64,000 bases of DNA from contig OZ024744.1 of the NCBI GenBank assembly GCA_964016885.1, positions 82,088,001-82,152,000 on the forward strand, in the 5' to 3' direction. The position numbers were made by a program, and so were the translations under genes. The number at the start of each line of letters is the position of its first letter. The stretch's first letter is position 1. The DNA is from Eledone cirrhosa. Its lineage: Eukaryota. The notes beneath the pieces are model-generated. The model did no database searches and was not told the origin of the DNA. It saw only the letters and a list, made by a program, of their open reading frames with translations. This document shows positions 36,398 to 50,514 of this stretch, one piece after another.

Positions 36398-37872
36398 TCA
36401 CTTCGGGAGGGTCATATTGTTATAATATTGCCAGAAATAATAACAGAACACACTCACTGTTTGGCTGGTTTTCGCTTCTGTATCTTTTATATCTCCACAG
36501 TTAATTCATTTGGCCATCAATGTTTATCACTGACTGACCTACGGTCAAAAATACAGATATAAATACATATATATAGTCTAACAAAGTTCTTTCGTTGCAC
36601 ATCTGCAACATCATCAGTGGTACTATTCTCATGTTTCCCCTGCTGTATTGTATGTATTGTAATGTCTACGCCATTTTTATTTTATCTATTTATGTATTTA
36701 TTTATTTATTTATTTATTTTTGTCTTCGTCTCTGCGCATGCGTTGGCGTGTGTGTATAGTGTTTGGTGTGTGTGTTCGCGTTTGGGTGACTGTGTTTTGG
36801 TTATTGTATTCTATCTTAGTTTATTAGTCTGTGTTTATATGTGTTTGTTGTTATTGTGCTTGTGTATATATTTATTTATTTATTTATATTTCTCTTAGGT
36901 CAGTGTTGTTTGTTTGGGTGTTGTTGTTATTCCATTCATTTTTTCTGTTTAGCTTTGGCCTTCTAAGCTCTAGTTCACTGGCCTCTCTGGTTTGCCTACC
37001 TGCTGGATCATTTCTATGGTTAGATATTATTTTAATTTCTATGTTGTCTATGTCACCGTCATGTTGTTGTCTGGCGTGTTCGTATAGTACTGAACCGTCT
37101 TTTTGCACTTTTAATTCCGCCCAGTGTTGGTCTATTCTCTCTCCTATGCTTGGTGCTGTCTTACCTATATATGTCGTTGTCATGTTTCTGCAAGTACCCT
37201 CTGTACATCTTATGCTATAGACTACATTTCTAGTTTTACAGTTTATCTGAGAGTTTACTTTACATATAACATATTTGTTATTAGTACAGTGGGTTTTCTT
37301 AAAAGGGTATGTTTTGCTGATCAGGGATTTTATGGTGGTTCCTGGCTTTTCTACCACCTTAATCTTTAAGTGGGTCTTTCTACATTGATTAGCTAATTCC
37401 CCTCCAGGGGTAGCATCCACGAACATGACACTCTGGTATCTCTGGTTGTTGTACCATGAAGTGGCTTTCCCTATCTTATGTTTAGTCCAATCTAAGCTAT
37501 TCCATGATTTGGTCCTGTATAATGGGAAAATTCCTTTCATGTCCAGTTCTATGAGGGTCTTATACTTCTCCGTGGCTCCTTTGTATACTCTGATTCTGTC
37601 TCTTTGGTTGTAGCCAGAGAACTGTATGCGGTTGATGAAATGTTGGATGTGTCTTTCCATACCTGTTGGGTCGCACATGCGACTGATAAAGATTAATGGC
37701 CAAATGAATTAACTATGGAGATATAAAAGATACAGAAGCGAAAAGCAACCAAACAGTGAGTGTGTTCTGTTATTATTTCTGGCAATATTATAACAATATG
37801 ACTCTCCCCAAGTATAACAATATTTGTTTCGACACTCAATTTCATATAAAAAACCTTGCAAAACTAATTCAT
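36398..37872 (-). mobile_element. Penelope-like element 3' fragment, copy 2, with an inverted 3'-end copy at its 5' truncation point
   Basis: ORF 36884-37678 (thumb + GIY-YIG, ..REASELELRRPKLNRKNEW). 36400-36530 is inverted at 37681-37810. Confidence 0.92.
36574..36625 (-). ncRNA. Type I hammerhead ribozyme in PLE pseudo-LTR
   Basis: Minus strand: tagtacca CTGATGA t gttgc agatgt gcaac GAAA gaac TT tgttagacta. Confidence 0.78.
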
Positions 37873-37953
37873 ATATATGTATATATATATAATATAATAT
37901 ATAATATATATATATACTAGTAGTGGTACATGGCGTTGCACTGGATAAGGTAT

Positions 37954-38153
37954 NNNNNNNNNNNNNNNNNNNNNNNNNNNNNNNNNNNNNNNNNNNNNNN
38001 NNNNNNNNNNNNNNNNNNNNNNNNNNNNNNNNNNNNNNNNNNNNNNNNNNNNNNNNNNNNNNNNNNNNNNNNNNNNNNNNNNNNNNNNNNNNNNNNNNNN
38101 NNNNNNNNNNNNNNNNNNNNNNNNNNNNNNNNNNNNNNNNNNNNNNNNNNNNN
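37954..38153. other. Assembly gap (200 N)
   Basis: Run of N. Confidence 1.
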
Positions 38154-38374
38154 CCACCAAAACAGCATCCAGCACCACCACCATCAGCAGCAGAGGACCA
38201 TACACCACTACGAACACCAGCACCGCCGCAACAACAACAACAACAGCAACAACAACAAACAGCAATAAGAAGAAGGAAAAGATGATGAAGAAGAAGATAA
38301 ATAATAATAGTAATAAGAATAATTGTTTCTACTTTAGGCACAAGGTCAACAATTACCCAGTTCATTACTGGTAC

Positions 38375-40402
38375 GTAATAATGATTTCATTTATTAGCCA
38401 CAAGGGCCGACATGTAGGGGGACAATACAAAGACAGGGACAGTGGGGGTTTACAATAATGTCGAGTAAAAGTGCACAATGGCAAGACTAATTTAACAATG
38501 AAGATATAAAAAATATGAAATAAACTATGCATAAACATAACAAAATAAATTCCCCTCTCGGAGGTGGACCATGGGGTGACTCGGGTACCCCACCAATCCT
38601 GAACCACCCTGCGCTTCTAGGGCACCCAGGGAGAGCACCCCTCTCCTCAAGTTAGCTAGCCTATAGGCGCATGGTCAGAGTAGGCCCATTCACATGGGCC
38701 ATTCTCGCCACATTCATCCACCTTTTAGTAAATGTACTTGGGGGGGGGGGCACTTCTCTCTCCACCCTCACCTTCCTTTCCAGGTGAAACTTGAAGAAGT
38801 TGATGAGGGATTGGCCGAAGAGAAAAATGTCTGTCTTCAGTCCTTTTAACCTGGTCCACCATATAACCTCTTTCGCAACTGCCACCAGACAGAGGAAAAT
38901 TTCCTGCTCTTCCTGGCTTAAAGAAGGCGGCGGGTCGATCTTCACTATGGACTCGGCCGATAGCCGGGTTCGCTCCACACGCGATAGTAGCTGTTCGACA
39001 TAACTCCACAAGTCAGTAATGCATGGACATTGGACAAGTGCGTGCAGAACGGTTTCGTCGTTCTGTGCGCATCTTGGGCAGGTCCGTCTGACAGCACTTC
39101 CGTGCCTGTAGAGTTTATCCCGAACCGGCAGTGCCCCCCCGGTAGCACTGCCAAGCGAGGGATTTCTGGAAATTGTCCATCGCCCCCGGCTCGAAAGTCC
39201 TCCGGTACAGACTGGTCAGTTCGACTTCGTCGAGGCCCAAAGCTTCTCCGAGTACGTCATCGCACTTGCTCACCACTAGTCCTCTATAGAACTCGAGAGT
39301 GGAAGTTCCACTGGTCGCATTGCCCGCTTGGTAGAGGGCAGTGAGTGCCTGGCAACATTCCAGGTGCCAGTCACCCAGTCTTGGTCTCTTCTTGACCCAG
39401 GACTGCAGGTCAGTCAAATAAACGAGCTGCGGAAAGGCGCGTCTGATAAACGGCGACCACACCTGTTCACCGTTTAGGCAGAATATTTGGAGATGTCGCA
39501 GCCTCAACGCATGTCTGCGCATCATTAGCCACGGCACGCCCAGCCCTCCGCATAGAGGGTGCTGGAGCAGATGGAGACCTCTCCAACGGAACTTGTCCCC
39601 TCCACAATTTGAAGAGGAGCCGTTCCAACTTGACGAGGCGCAGACGGGGGCAAGGCACTACGGTCAGGCGGTAGTAGATGACGGACGCGATGTACGCATT
39701 CGCCACCTCTGCGCGACCTTTCAGTGATAGCTTCCTCCCAGCCCATTTTTGGGTGAGACTGGCTACTCTGCTCGTTACCTCGTCTCAATTCTTCTCCACC
39801 TGGAGGTCTGGTCCGAACCAAACCCCGAGCAACTTTACCGGTCCGTCCGTCCAGCGCCCCACAACGCTGTTGGACGGCATAGGCTTGCCTCTCCATGTTC
39901 CGAGCTGCAAGCCCACCGACTTTTCCGGGTTAAGTTTGGCTCCTGTCAACCTTTCATATTCCTTCAATAAGGATGCCTTGCAACAGTTCCAGCTTCCGCA
40001 GTAAAGGCTAGAGAGTCAATACGTACAGAAGGGAAGAGAGAGGGCATCCTTGACGGACCGATCGGGAGAACCGAAATGGTTCCGAAAGGTGGCCATTAAC
40101 CTTGACCACCGAACGTGTGCCGCTGTGCATTGCAGCGATCCAGCTTCTGAAGACAGGGCCGAAGCCAGTCGATTTGAGGACAAACTCCAGATACCGATGG
40201 TCGACCCTATCGAATGCTTTCGATTGATCTAAATTGATCAGTGACCCACCGAAGCCAGGTTTACACCCTATCCTCTCTATGATGTATCGCATGAGGTGGA
40301 GATTGTCATGTATGGACCTGGCTTGGATTGCGCAAGTTTGCGCCTCCCCAACCAAATCCTCGACGACAAGCACTAATCTCTTTGCTAACACCTTGGCCAA
40401 AC
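38375..40402 (-). mobile_element. Tx1/L1-clade LINE, 5'-truncated, RT to 3' end, pseudogenised
   Basis: ORFs 40008-40400, 39785-39967, 39467-39706, 39115-39537 and 38661-39011 are homologous to 1-1127 and extend to the C-terminal Cys region. 3' end: cccttgtggctAATAAAtgaaatc(att)n. Confidence 0.92.
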
Positions 40403-40424
40403 TGTTAAACTCTTATTAATAACA

Positions 40425-40650
40425 ATAATAATGGTTTCTTATATAGGCACAAGGCCAGCAATTTTGGGGGAGGGGAAAGTCGATTAAATCGACCTCAGTG
40501 CATTACTGGTACTTCATTTTATCGACCCCGTAAGGATGAAAGGCAAAGTCAACCTCGGCGGGATTTGAACTCAGATCGTAAAGGGACGTAACTATGCTGC
40601 AAAGCATGGCGTCCGACCCTCTACCGATACTGCCAATCCACCGCCGTACA
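40425..40650 (-). mobile_element. tRNA-derived SINE, full-length variant
   Basis: Reverse complement of the consensus, with the extra gtcgatttaatcgactttcccc segment. Confidence 0.88.
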
Positions 40651-41059
40651 ATCCACCGCCGTACAATCCACTAATAATAATAATAAAAGAAATTCAAAGA
40701 AATTCAAAATCACAAAATTTAAAAATCAGAATTTATCTCCTGATCCACACAGCTAGAGATGTGTAAAAGCAAGGATTTAGAAGAAAATTAACATCAATGA
40801 AATGAGTTTAAAGACATTCATAGTTGAAAATAATTTTGAAAATAATTATCGCCTCAACCGATGCTTCTCTACCCTAATTTCACACCGATCTCTCTAATTT
40901 GCTTTCGAATGTGAGAGTGAGAGTAAACGCGAAAAGAAAAAAATACAATCATAACAAATACAAAGAACGATATCAAATATAACAAAATAATAAAATAAAG
41001 GAACAAATTAATAAAACATTACAACAACAACTACAACAACAGCAATAATAATAATATTA

Positions 41060-41790
41060 ATAATGTTTTCTTTATTAACCACAAGGGTTTACATAAAGTA
41101 GACATTAAGGACAGTACAGGACAATACAGGACGGTACAAATGGGCATTTCTGCGTGTAAAAAAAACAGAGGATGTAATAAAATAACAAAGAAAAATTCCC
41201 CAATAGAGGGGAGCTTTCCGAGGGACATTTGTGGAGAAAGCCCATTAAAAGACCACAGTGACCCTGACCACCAGGGCAAGTGCCCTCTCCCAGTTTTCCA
41301 CCTTTAATTTACAGACACATACTCAGAGTAGGCCCATTCACTCGGGCCATACTTGCTTCTCTCATCTATCTTTCAACAAAATGCTGGGAAGAGAGCACTT
41401 CCCTCTCTACCCTGATTTTCCGTTTCAAATGCAATTTGAAAAAGTTAATCAGTGTATCACCGAAGAGATAAGTGCTTTGGCATAAGGCCAGCAATTACCA
41501 CAGTGCATTACTGGTACTTTATTTTATCGACCCCGAATAATAATAATGATAATGATTTCATTTATTAGCCACAAGGGCCGACATGTAGGGGACGATAGTA
41601 ATAATAATAATAATAATTGTTTCTACTTTTGGCACAAGGCCAGCAATCATCCAGCAAAATCTCAGAATGGAAAGGGCCGTAACTCTATGCGTCCAAGCAT
41701 GACGTCCGACCCTAACAACAATAACAATACAACTACTACAACTAATAATAATAATAGTGATGATTTCTTTAGTCCCCGCAAGGGTTAACA
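41060..41790 (-). mobile_element. Cluster of short Tx1-like 3'-end stubs interleaved with SINE fragments
   Basis: LINE 3' ends at ~41062-41420, 41550-41595 and ~41757-41790 resemble 38375-38440. SINE pieces at 41478-41535 and 41615-41712. Confidence 0.7.
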
Positions 41791-41930
41791 TTAAGAAAAC
41801 AACAGAAACAACAATAATAACAACAATAATAATAAATAGGTAGACGAAAACAAAAGTGGAGAGGTATAAGATAATAAAAGAGGGTGAGAGAAAGAGTTGG
41901 ATAAAGGGTATGAGAGCAAGAGAGTAAGAT

Positions 41931-41979
<49 letters not shown>

Positions 41980-42259
41980 GAGAACGAGAGAGAGAGAGAG
42001 AGAGAGAGACAGTGTGAGGGAAAGGAAGAGGTATGGAGAGATATATAGAGAAAGAGAGAGAGAGGTGATATATTATGGAATACTGTTGGCTTTTGCTACA
42101 ATGTTTTCTATACCTTTCATTTATATATATATATATATATTATATAGATAGATAAATAGATAGATAGATAAAGATAGATAGAGAGAGAGAGAGAGAAAGG
42201 GGTAGGGGTAGGGAGGGATATATGGTGAAAGAGAGAGAGAGGATATATATATCTTTATA

Positions 42260-42297
<38 letters not shown>

Positions 42298-42475
42298 TCT
42301 CTCTCTCTTTCACCATATATCCCATATATATATATGTAGAGAGAGAGAGAGAGAGAAGGAGGGAGAGAGAGAGGGGGGAGAGAGAGTGACAGAATTGCCG
42401 GGCAGCAAGAAGGAAATAAAGGGCGAATAAACAAACAAACAAACAAACAAACAAATAAATAAATGAATAAACAAA

Positions 42476-42522
<47 letters not shown>

Positions 42523-42679
42523 AAAAAAGATGGATCCTGCGGTTTTGGAACGGATAGTTTTCATGCTAGAAAATTAACTGGAAACATTTCGCAGTTGCGA
42601 TAATGGAAGCAAACGGCAAAACTTAAGACCATTAACAGACGTTATCGGTGTCAAAAGCTTAAGTGTCATCATCTCCAGC

Positions 42680-42790
42680 AGCAACAGCATCGCCAGCGGC
42701 GGCGGGGAGGTAGCAGCAGCAGCAGTAGCAGCAGCAGTAGGATCAAGTATAGAAGTAGAACTAGAAGTAGAAAATAGCAGCAGCAGCATT

Positions 42791-42827
<37 letters not shown>

Positions 42828-42832
42828 TCAGC

Positions 42833-42908
<76 letters not shown>

Positions 42909-42949
42909 GCAACAACAACAACAACAGCAACAACAACAACTTCAACATC

Positions 42950-42986
<37 letters not shown>

Positions 42987-43027
42987 GCAACAACAACAAC
43001 AACAGCAACAACAACAACTTCAACATC

Positions 43028-43070
<43 letters not shown>

Positions 43071-43111
43071 TCAGCAACAACAACAACAACAACAACAACA
43101 ACTTCAACATC

Positions 43112-43163
<52 letters not shown>

Positions 43164-43198
43164 GCAACAACAACAACAACAGCAACAACAACAACTTC

Positions 43199-43238
<40 letters not shown>

Positions 43239-43279
43239 GCAACAACAACAACAACAGCAACAACAACAACTTCAACATC

Positions 43280-43325
<46 letters not shown>

Positions 43326-43366
43326 TCAGCAACAACAACAACAACAACAACAACAACTTCAACATC

Positions 43367-43439
<73 letters not shown>

Positions 43440-43641
43440 GCAACAACAACAACAACAGCAACAACAACAACTTCAACATCAACAACAACAACAACAACAA
43501 CATTTCCAGCAGCGATTGCTTTGACAGAAATAGAAGCTATAGTGACACCATCACTATCATCATCACCATCACCATCATCATCATCATCAACACTATCATA
43601 GTTATCATTAAAGTCATCACCATCATCATCATCGACATCGA

Positions 43642-43700
<59 letters not shown>

Positions 43701-43731
43701 CCATCATCGTCATCGTCATCATCTTCATCAA

Positions 43732-43779
<48 letters not shown>

Positions 43780-46700
43780 TATCATCATCATCATCATCAT
43801 CATTAACATTACCACCCTCCTCCTCGTCCACATCATCATCATCATCCCACTTATTTGTCGTTATTCTCTTCAACCTCCCCCTCTTCCGCCTCCTCCTACT
43901 CCTTATCATTGTCATCGTCGTCATCATTATTCTTATAACCTTCATTTTCTTCTTCACCACCATCACCATCACCATCACCACCATCACCATCGTCACCACC
44001 ATCACCATCGTCATCGTCATCATCATCACCATCATCGTCATCATCATCATCATCATCATCGTCATCATCATCACCATCATCGTCATCATCATCACCATTA
44101 TCATCATCATCATCATCATCATAACCACCATCAACCCTAATATCACGTATTATATTCCCATAATCATTATCCTTAGAGTGGTGGTGGTAGTGGTGGTGGT
44201 GGTGGTGCATCCCCACCACCATCGTCATCATCAACACTATCAACAACATAACTACGAGCAATCTCCAACAACAACAACAAGAACCGATATGCTTTATACG
44301 AACAACAAAAATTAAAATACCACCAACACCACCACCGCCAGCACTAACACCACCACATCCACCACCACCCCCACCAGCACCACCATCACCAGCACCACCA
44401 CCACCACAACCACCACCACCACCACCACCACCACCACCACCACCACCACCAGCATCACCACCACCACCACCACCACCACCACCACCACCACCACCACCAC
44501 AACCACCACTACCACCAACACCACCACCAACACCACCACCACCACCACCACCACCACCACCACCACCACCACCACCACCAACACCACCACCACCAACACC
44601 ACCACCACCACCACCAACACCACCACAACCACCACCACCACCACCACCAACAACACCACCACCACCACCACCAACAGCACCAAACCACCACCACCAGCAC
44701 CACCAGCACCAGCACCAACACCACCACAACCACCACCAACACCAACACCACAACCACCACCACCACCAACAGCACCAACACCACTGCGACCACCAACAAC
44801 ACCAACACCACGACGACCACCACCACCACCACCAGCACCAGCACCAACACCACGACAACCACCACCACCAACAGCACCAACACCACCAACACCACCATCA
44901 ACACCAACACCACCACCACCACCACAACCAACACCAACACCACCAACCCCACTACCACCACCAGCAACACCACCAGCACCAACATCACCACCGTCACAAC
45001 CACCACAATGACAACCAACACCAACACCAACACCAACTGCAAAACCACCACCAACACAAACACACCACCACCACCACCAACACCAACACCAACACCAACA
45101 CCACCAACATCAACAAAACCAACACCACCATCACCAACACCACAACAAAAAACCACGACCACCGCCTCCATCACCATCACCAACACCATGATCAACACCA
45201 ACACCACCACCACGACCACCACCAGCAACACCAGCAACACCAACACCAACACCACCACCAACACCACCACCACCACCACCACCAACACAACCACCAACAC
45301 CACCACCACAACCACCACCACCAACACCACCACCACCACCACCACCACCGCCACCACCGCCACCAACACCAACACCACCACCAACACCACCAACACCACC
45401 ACCAACATCACCACTACCAACACCACCAACACCACCACCACCAACACCACCAACACCACCACCAACACCACCAACATCACCACCAACACCACTATCAACA
45501 CCAACACCACCAACAACACCACCACCACCACCACCACCACCACCACCACCACCACCACCACCAACACCACCAACACCACCACCAACACCACCACCAACAT
45601 CACCAACACCACAACAACACCACCACCAACACCAACACCACTAACACCACCACCAAAACCACCACCAACACCACCACCAACACCAACACCACCAACACAA
45701 CCACCAACACCACCACCAACACCAACAACACCACCACCAACACCACCACCACCAACACAACCACTAACACCACCACCAACACCAACACCACTAACACCAC
45801 CACCAAAACCACCACCAACACCACCACCAACACCAACACCACCAACACAACCACCAACACCACCAACAACACCAACAACACCACCACCAACACCAACACC
45901 ACCAACACAACCACCAACACCACCACCAACACCAACAACACCATCACCAACACCACCACCAACACCACCACCAACACCACCACCAACACCACCACCAACA
46001 CCACCACCAACACCACCAACACCACCACCAACACCACCACCAACACCACCAACACCACGACCAAAACCACCACCAACACCACCAACACCAACACCGACAC
46101 CACCACCAACGCCACCAACACCACCACCAACACCACCACCACCAACACCACCAACACCACCACCAACACCACCACCAACACCACCACCAACACTAACACC
46201 ACCAACACCACCACCAACACGACCACCAACACCACCACCAACACCAACACCACCAACACCACCACCAAAACCACCACCAGCACCACCACCACCAAACCAC
46301 CACCACCACCAACACCACCAACACCACCACCAACGCCACCAACACCACCACCAACACCACCACCACCAACACCACCAACACCACCACCACCACCACCACC
46401 ACCACCACCACCACCACCACAACCACCACCACCAACACCACCACCACCAACACCACCACCACCACCACCACCACCACCACCACCACCACCACCACCACCA
46501 CCACCAACACTACCACCACCACCAACACCACCACCACCACCAACACCACCACCACCACCACCACCACCACCACCACCACCACCACCACCACCACCACAAC
46601 CACCACCACCAACACCACCACCACCAACACCACCACCACCACCACCACCACCACCACCACCAACACCACCACCAACACTACCACCACCACCAACACCACC

Positions 46701-47620
46701 ACCAACACCACCACCACCAACACCACCACCACCACTACCAACACCACCAGCACCACCAACACCACCACCAACACCACCACCACCAACAACACCAACTGTA
46801 ACAAAGCCAAACAAAGAAGCCTTTATCGTTAGACTAAAGCAGTAGGTAAATCTCCCTCAAAGGTAATTTAACTGTCAGAAAAGAAAAAAAAATATGGGAA
46901 CATTCGTCAACATTCGTCAACATTCGTCAACATTCGTCAACATTCGTTAACATTCGTTAACATTCGTTAACATTCGTTAACTCTCTCTGGTATACAGAAT
47001 GTCAGGATGGTTACATTTGGAACGTCTTTTAAAGGAACTTCCTATCCAACACAAATGAGTTACCATAACATTCCAACCACCAGCGAAATCGACATTGACA
47101 ACTACACCGTCACCTCCATAACTGTTAATGTAAACACTAGCAAATATAACACCAGTGTTTGCGATAAGAACAACAAGAATAGCAGCAGCAGCAGCAGCAA
47201 CAACAACAACAGAAGAAGCGATAACTAGAGAGAGTGAAAACAAAATAGGAGAACGAACACCACCAACACCAACACCAGCACCAACACTAACACCAACACC
47301 AGCACCAACACTAACACCAACACTAACATCAACGCTAACAACAACATCAGTACCTACAACAACTCCAGCACCAATACTCAGCACCAACACTAACACCAAC
47401 ATCAGTTCCAGCACCAACACTAACGCCAACACAAACACAGCACTATAGCACCACAGCACGACAGCACCAACACCAACATCAGCATCAGCACCAGCACCGA
47501 CACCAGCGCCACAGCAGCCACGCTGACACCAACACCAACACCACCACCAACACCAATGCCAACACCAACGCCAAAATCAACCAGAAAGCAGCAGCTCCAA
47601 CACCAATATCAACATCACAC
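42680..47620. repeat. Compound trinucleotide field: (CAA)n, (CAT)n, (CAC/CCA)n, (CACCAA)n, plus 10-bp (AACATTCGTY)x8 at 46899-46981
   Basis: Direct reading. Confidence 0.95.
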
Positions 47621-47900
47621 GACATCACACTCAATAATATAAACATACCACTAACGTACAAGACAAAATTGCTACGAGTTACAACACCTCAACAATATTC
47701 ACAGCACACAATGGAGAACACTAATAAAGAAAGGAAAATCACACAGAAACGTATTTAGAGTCATCACACAGATGCCACATTTAGTAAACAGAACGAAACA
47801 ACAACAATGGCGGCCAAACAATACATTAGATCCATCATGGATTATGTCAGCCATACCTGTGCTTCCTATATCATCTTTTTTACAGCAAACTACAATACAC
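47620..47900 (+). mobile_element. Decayed LINE RT C-terminal fragment (I/Jockey-like)
   Basis: Remnants ITLNNINIPL..KTKLLRVT and KQYIRSIMDYVS, resembling the ..KQFIRP.LEYAS..W motif. Confidence 0.45.
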
Positions 47901-48154
47901 TATATATAACGGTCGGAGCTCAGCCGTCAGGGTCCTGACTCTTTTCCTATATATATATATATATTTGAAAAAAAGGAAAAGAATGACTTCACTTGTAGTG
48001 TTAACATTTTTTTTAATGATTTCATGTTATAATATAATATTATAATATTATGAGTTGGTAGATCCAGTAAGTTCTTTGTTAACTTCGGTGGGTAGAATTT
48101 TAGAGATTACTGGTTAACTTGGGTTGGAGAACTTTCTCCCATTCGTCTGTGGCG

Positions 48155-49118
48155 ATTCGTCAACCTTCTCAATCGTCAAACCTTCGGTTATTTCCGTATC
48201 ACCACCACCACCATGTGTAAATAAATAAACTTTGAAATCACCACGTTGGTTTTTCACTTTGCGATAATACACGTATTTGCAACTTGAAAAATATGAATTC
48301 TACATTATACCCCAGCGTAAATGGAATTAATCATCGCGATATTTCCATCGCTACCGCTATTACAGCAGATACCATTAATTGGTTGAAAAAACATGGACTT
48401 AATCCTGTATGTTATTAAAAGGTTCCCGAGTAGTACAGTAAATTAAAGCCTTTACAAACGGAACTATGCAATGAAAATATTTTTAATAAGTGTATCTTAT
48501 CGTAAAAGTATCTCTTAGAAATTCATAAATGGCTGTGTAAACCCTTACACTTTAAAACAAAATTACAAACCAATTATGTGGTCATTGAAGTTACTAGAAA
48601 TAGCAGGCAAATCTTATACCCTCTACCACATTAAAAAAAGAAAGAACGAAAACGGGAGTAACTCGTTAATATTTATTGAAATATTCGAAGCGTTACTGCT
48701 TCGGACGTAATAAAAAGGAAATTATATAGAGAATTTTAAATATTTCGAAAGCACAAGCAATCGTCAAGGACTTTATATACTAATTCCTTTCTTTCTGTGT
48801 TCGTGGCAGCTGGCAGCTGAGTATCAACCATCCATAAATAATTTTTACCCACTAAGAATCTCAATGGGGAAAATGTTCTTCAATTTCTGCCAGTATTACA
48901 AAACAAAGTTATCTTGTAGTTACCCGCATTAAATTGTTTTTTTTTTAAAGAAAGTCGGTAGTGTCGGTGGTGTCGGCCCCATGAACTCCATTTGTTTTCT
49001 AATTTGACAACTATGACTATGCATCAACGTGGTGATTTCAAAGTTTATTTATTTACACATGGTGGTGGTGGTAATACGGAAATAAACGAAGGTTTGACGA
49101 TTGAGAAGGTTGACGAAT
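48155..49118. mobile_element. Element bounded by ~95-bp inverted repeats (MITE-like)
   Basis: 48155-48248 (attcgtcaaccttctc...atcaccacgttg) is inverted at 49025-49118. Confidence 0.6.
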
Positions 49119-49169
49119 GACGTCACATTCTTCTACTTTCACTTCTGACAGCCAATTCCGCTGTAGTGC

Positions 49170-50514
49170 CTACAAACCTTCTTAATCTGCATTTTCAAAC
49201 TTGCATATCATTGACATTGTTATTTCGCTGTTAATAAACAACGCTTTTCACGTCGCTCCACTTCTCATTGTACGCCGTCCAGCCCCAAGTGCATATTTCT
49301 ATTTTTTTCCCCGAAACTGCTTCTTTATAATAAACTTTCAATAATATTTTTCAAAAACAGCGAAAGAACGTTGTATTTGATATGTTATGAAAAAATTGAT
49401 GAGTTTAAAAATTTGTATGAAATTGTAAATAAGACAATGAATATTGAAAGCGACTACGGAAAATAACTCATCCAAGTATTAGAACAGGGGGAAATAACTC
49501 ACCGGAAGCTATAGTAAATAGACCGTTTGGGGGCCCTAGGGACCACATTTTTCAAGTTAGAGATTTGAAACCTCGTCTATTTGCTTCCTTGGCACTTTTT
49601 ACATAGGTGTGTACATTTTTATGTCCGTCCGCCCACGTCTACTACCATTTAAGCGTGCACAACTGAATTTCAACCACCACCCATTTCACAAATATATATT
49701 AGACTAGCAGCTGAGCCCGGTTGCACTCGGGGCCACTTTTTATTAAGTTAATAATTTGAAAAATATTATTGAAAGTTTATTATAAAGAAGCAGTTTCAGA
49801 AAAACAAAAAGAAATATGCACTTGGGGCTGGACGGCGTACAATGAGAAGTGGAGCGACGTGAAAAGCGTTGTTTATTAACAGCGAAATAGCAATGTCGAT
49901 GATATGCAATTTGAAAAATACTCCTTACTGTTAGTGGTAGTTAAGATGTATTAGAATTAAAATATAAACACGCGTCCCTTCTTCGCAATTTGAGGGTTTT
50001 ATTTCTTTTGATGGAAAACAGTGACCGTACTGCAGAATCGGTTTCATAAAACGGTACTGTATGATCGTTAAATGTAGAAGGATGATAGTTTATTAACAGC
50101 GAAATAGCAATGTCGATGATATGCAAGTTTGAAAATGCATATTATGAAGGTTTGTATGATAGTTTACACTTTTTCCTGAAACTGCTTCTTTATAATAAAC
50201 TTTCAATAATATTTTTCAAATTATTGGTACTGTATGTTAACAGCGAAAGAACGTTGATGAGTTTAAAAATTTGTATGAAATTGTAAATAAGACAAAAGTA
50301 TTAGAACAGGGAGAAATAACTCACCGAACGCGATAGTTTTGGGGCCGCAGGGACCACATTTTTCATGTTAGAGATTTGAAACCTCGTCTATTTGCTTCCT
50401 TGGCACTTTTTACATAGGTGTGTAAATTTTCATGTCCGTCCGACCACGTCTACTACCATTTAACCGTGCACATCTGAATTTCAACTACCGCCCATTTCAC
50501 AAATATATATTAGA
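49170..50514 (-). mobile_element. Head-to-tail tandem of non-autonomous Helitrons (complete copy 49704-50514, partial copy ending 49703)
   Basis: Minus-strand 5' TCTAATATATATTTGTG at 50514 and 49703; 3' hairpin cccgagtgcaaccggg..CTAG at 49704; internal inverted repeats. Confidence 0.8.

Noticed and set aside
42574-46814. Long poly-L/V/T/P/H/G ORFs (mucin- or extensin-like 597 aa at 45008-46801)
   Set aside because: Pure trinucleotide microsatellite open in several frames on both strands; no splice or domain evidence.
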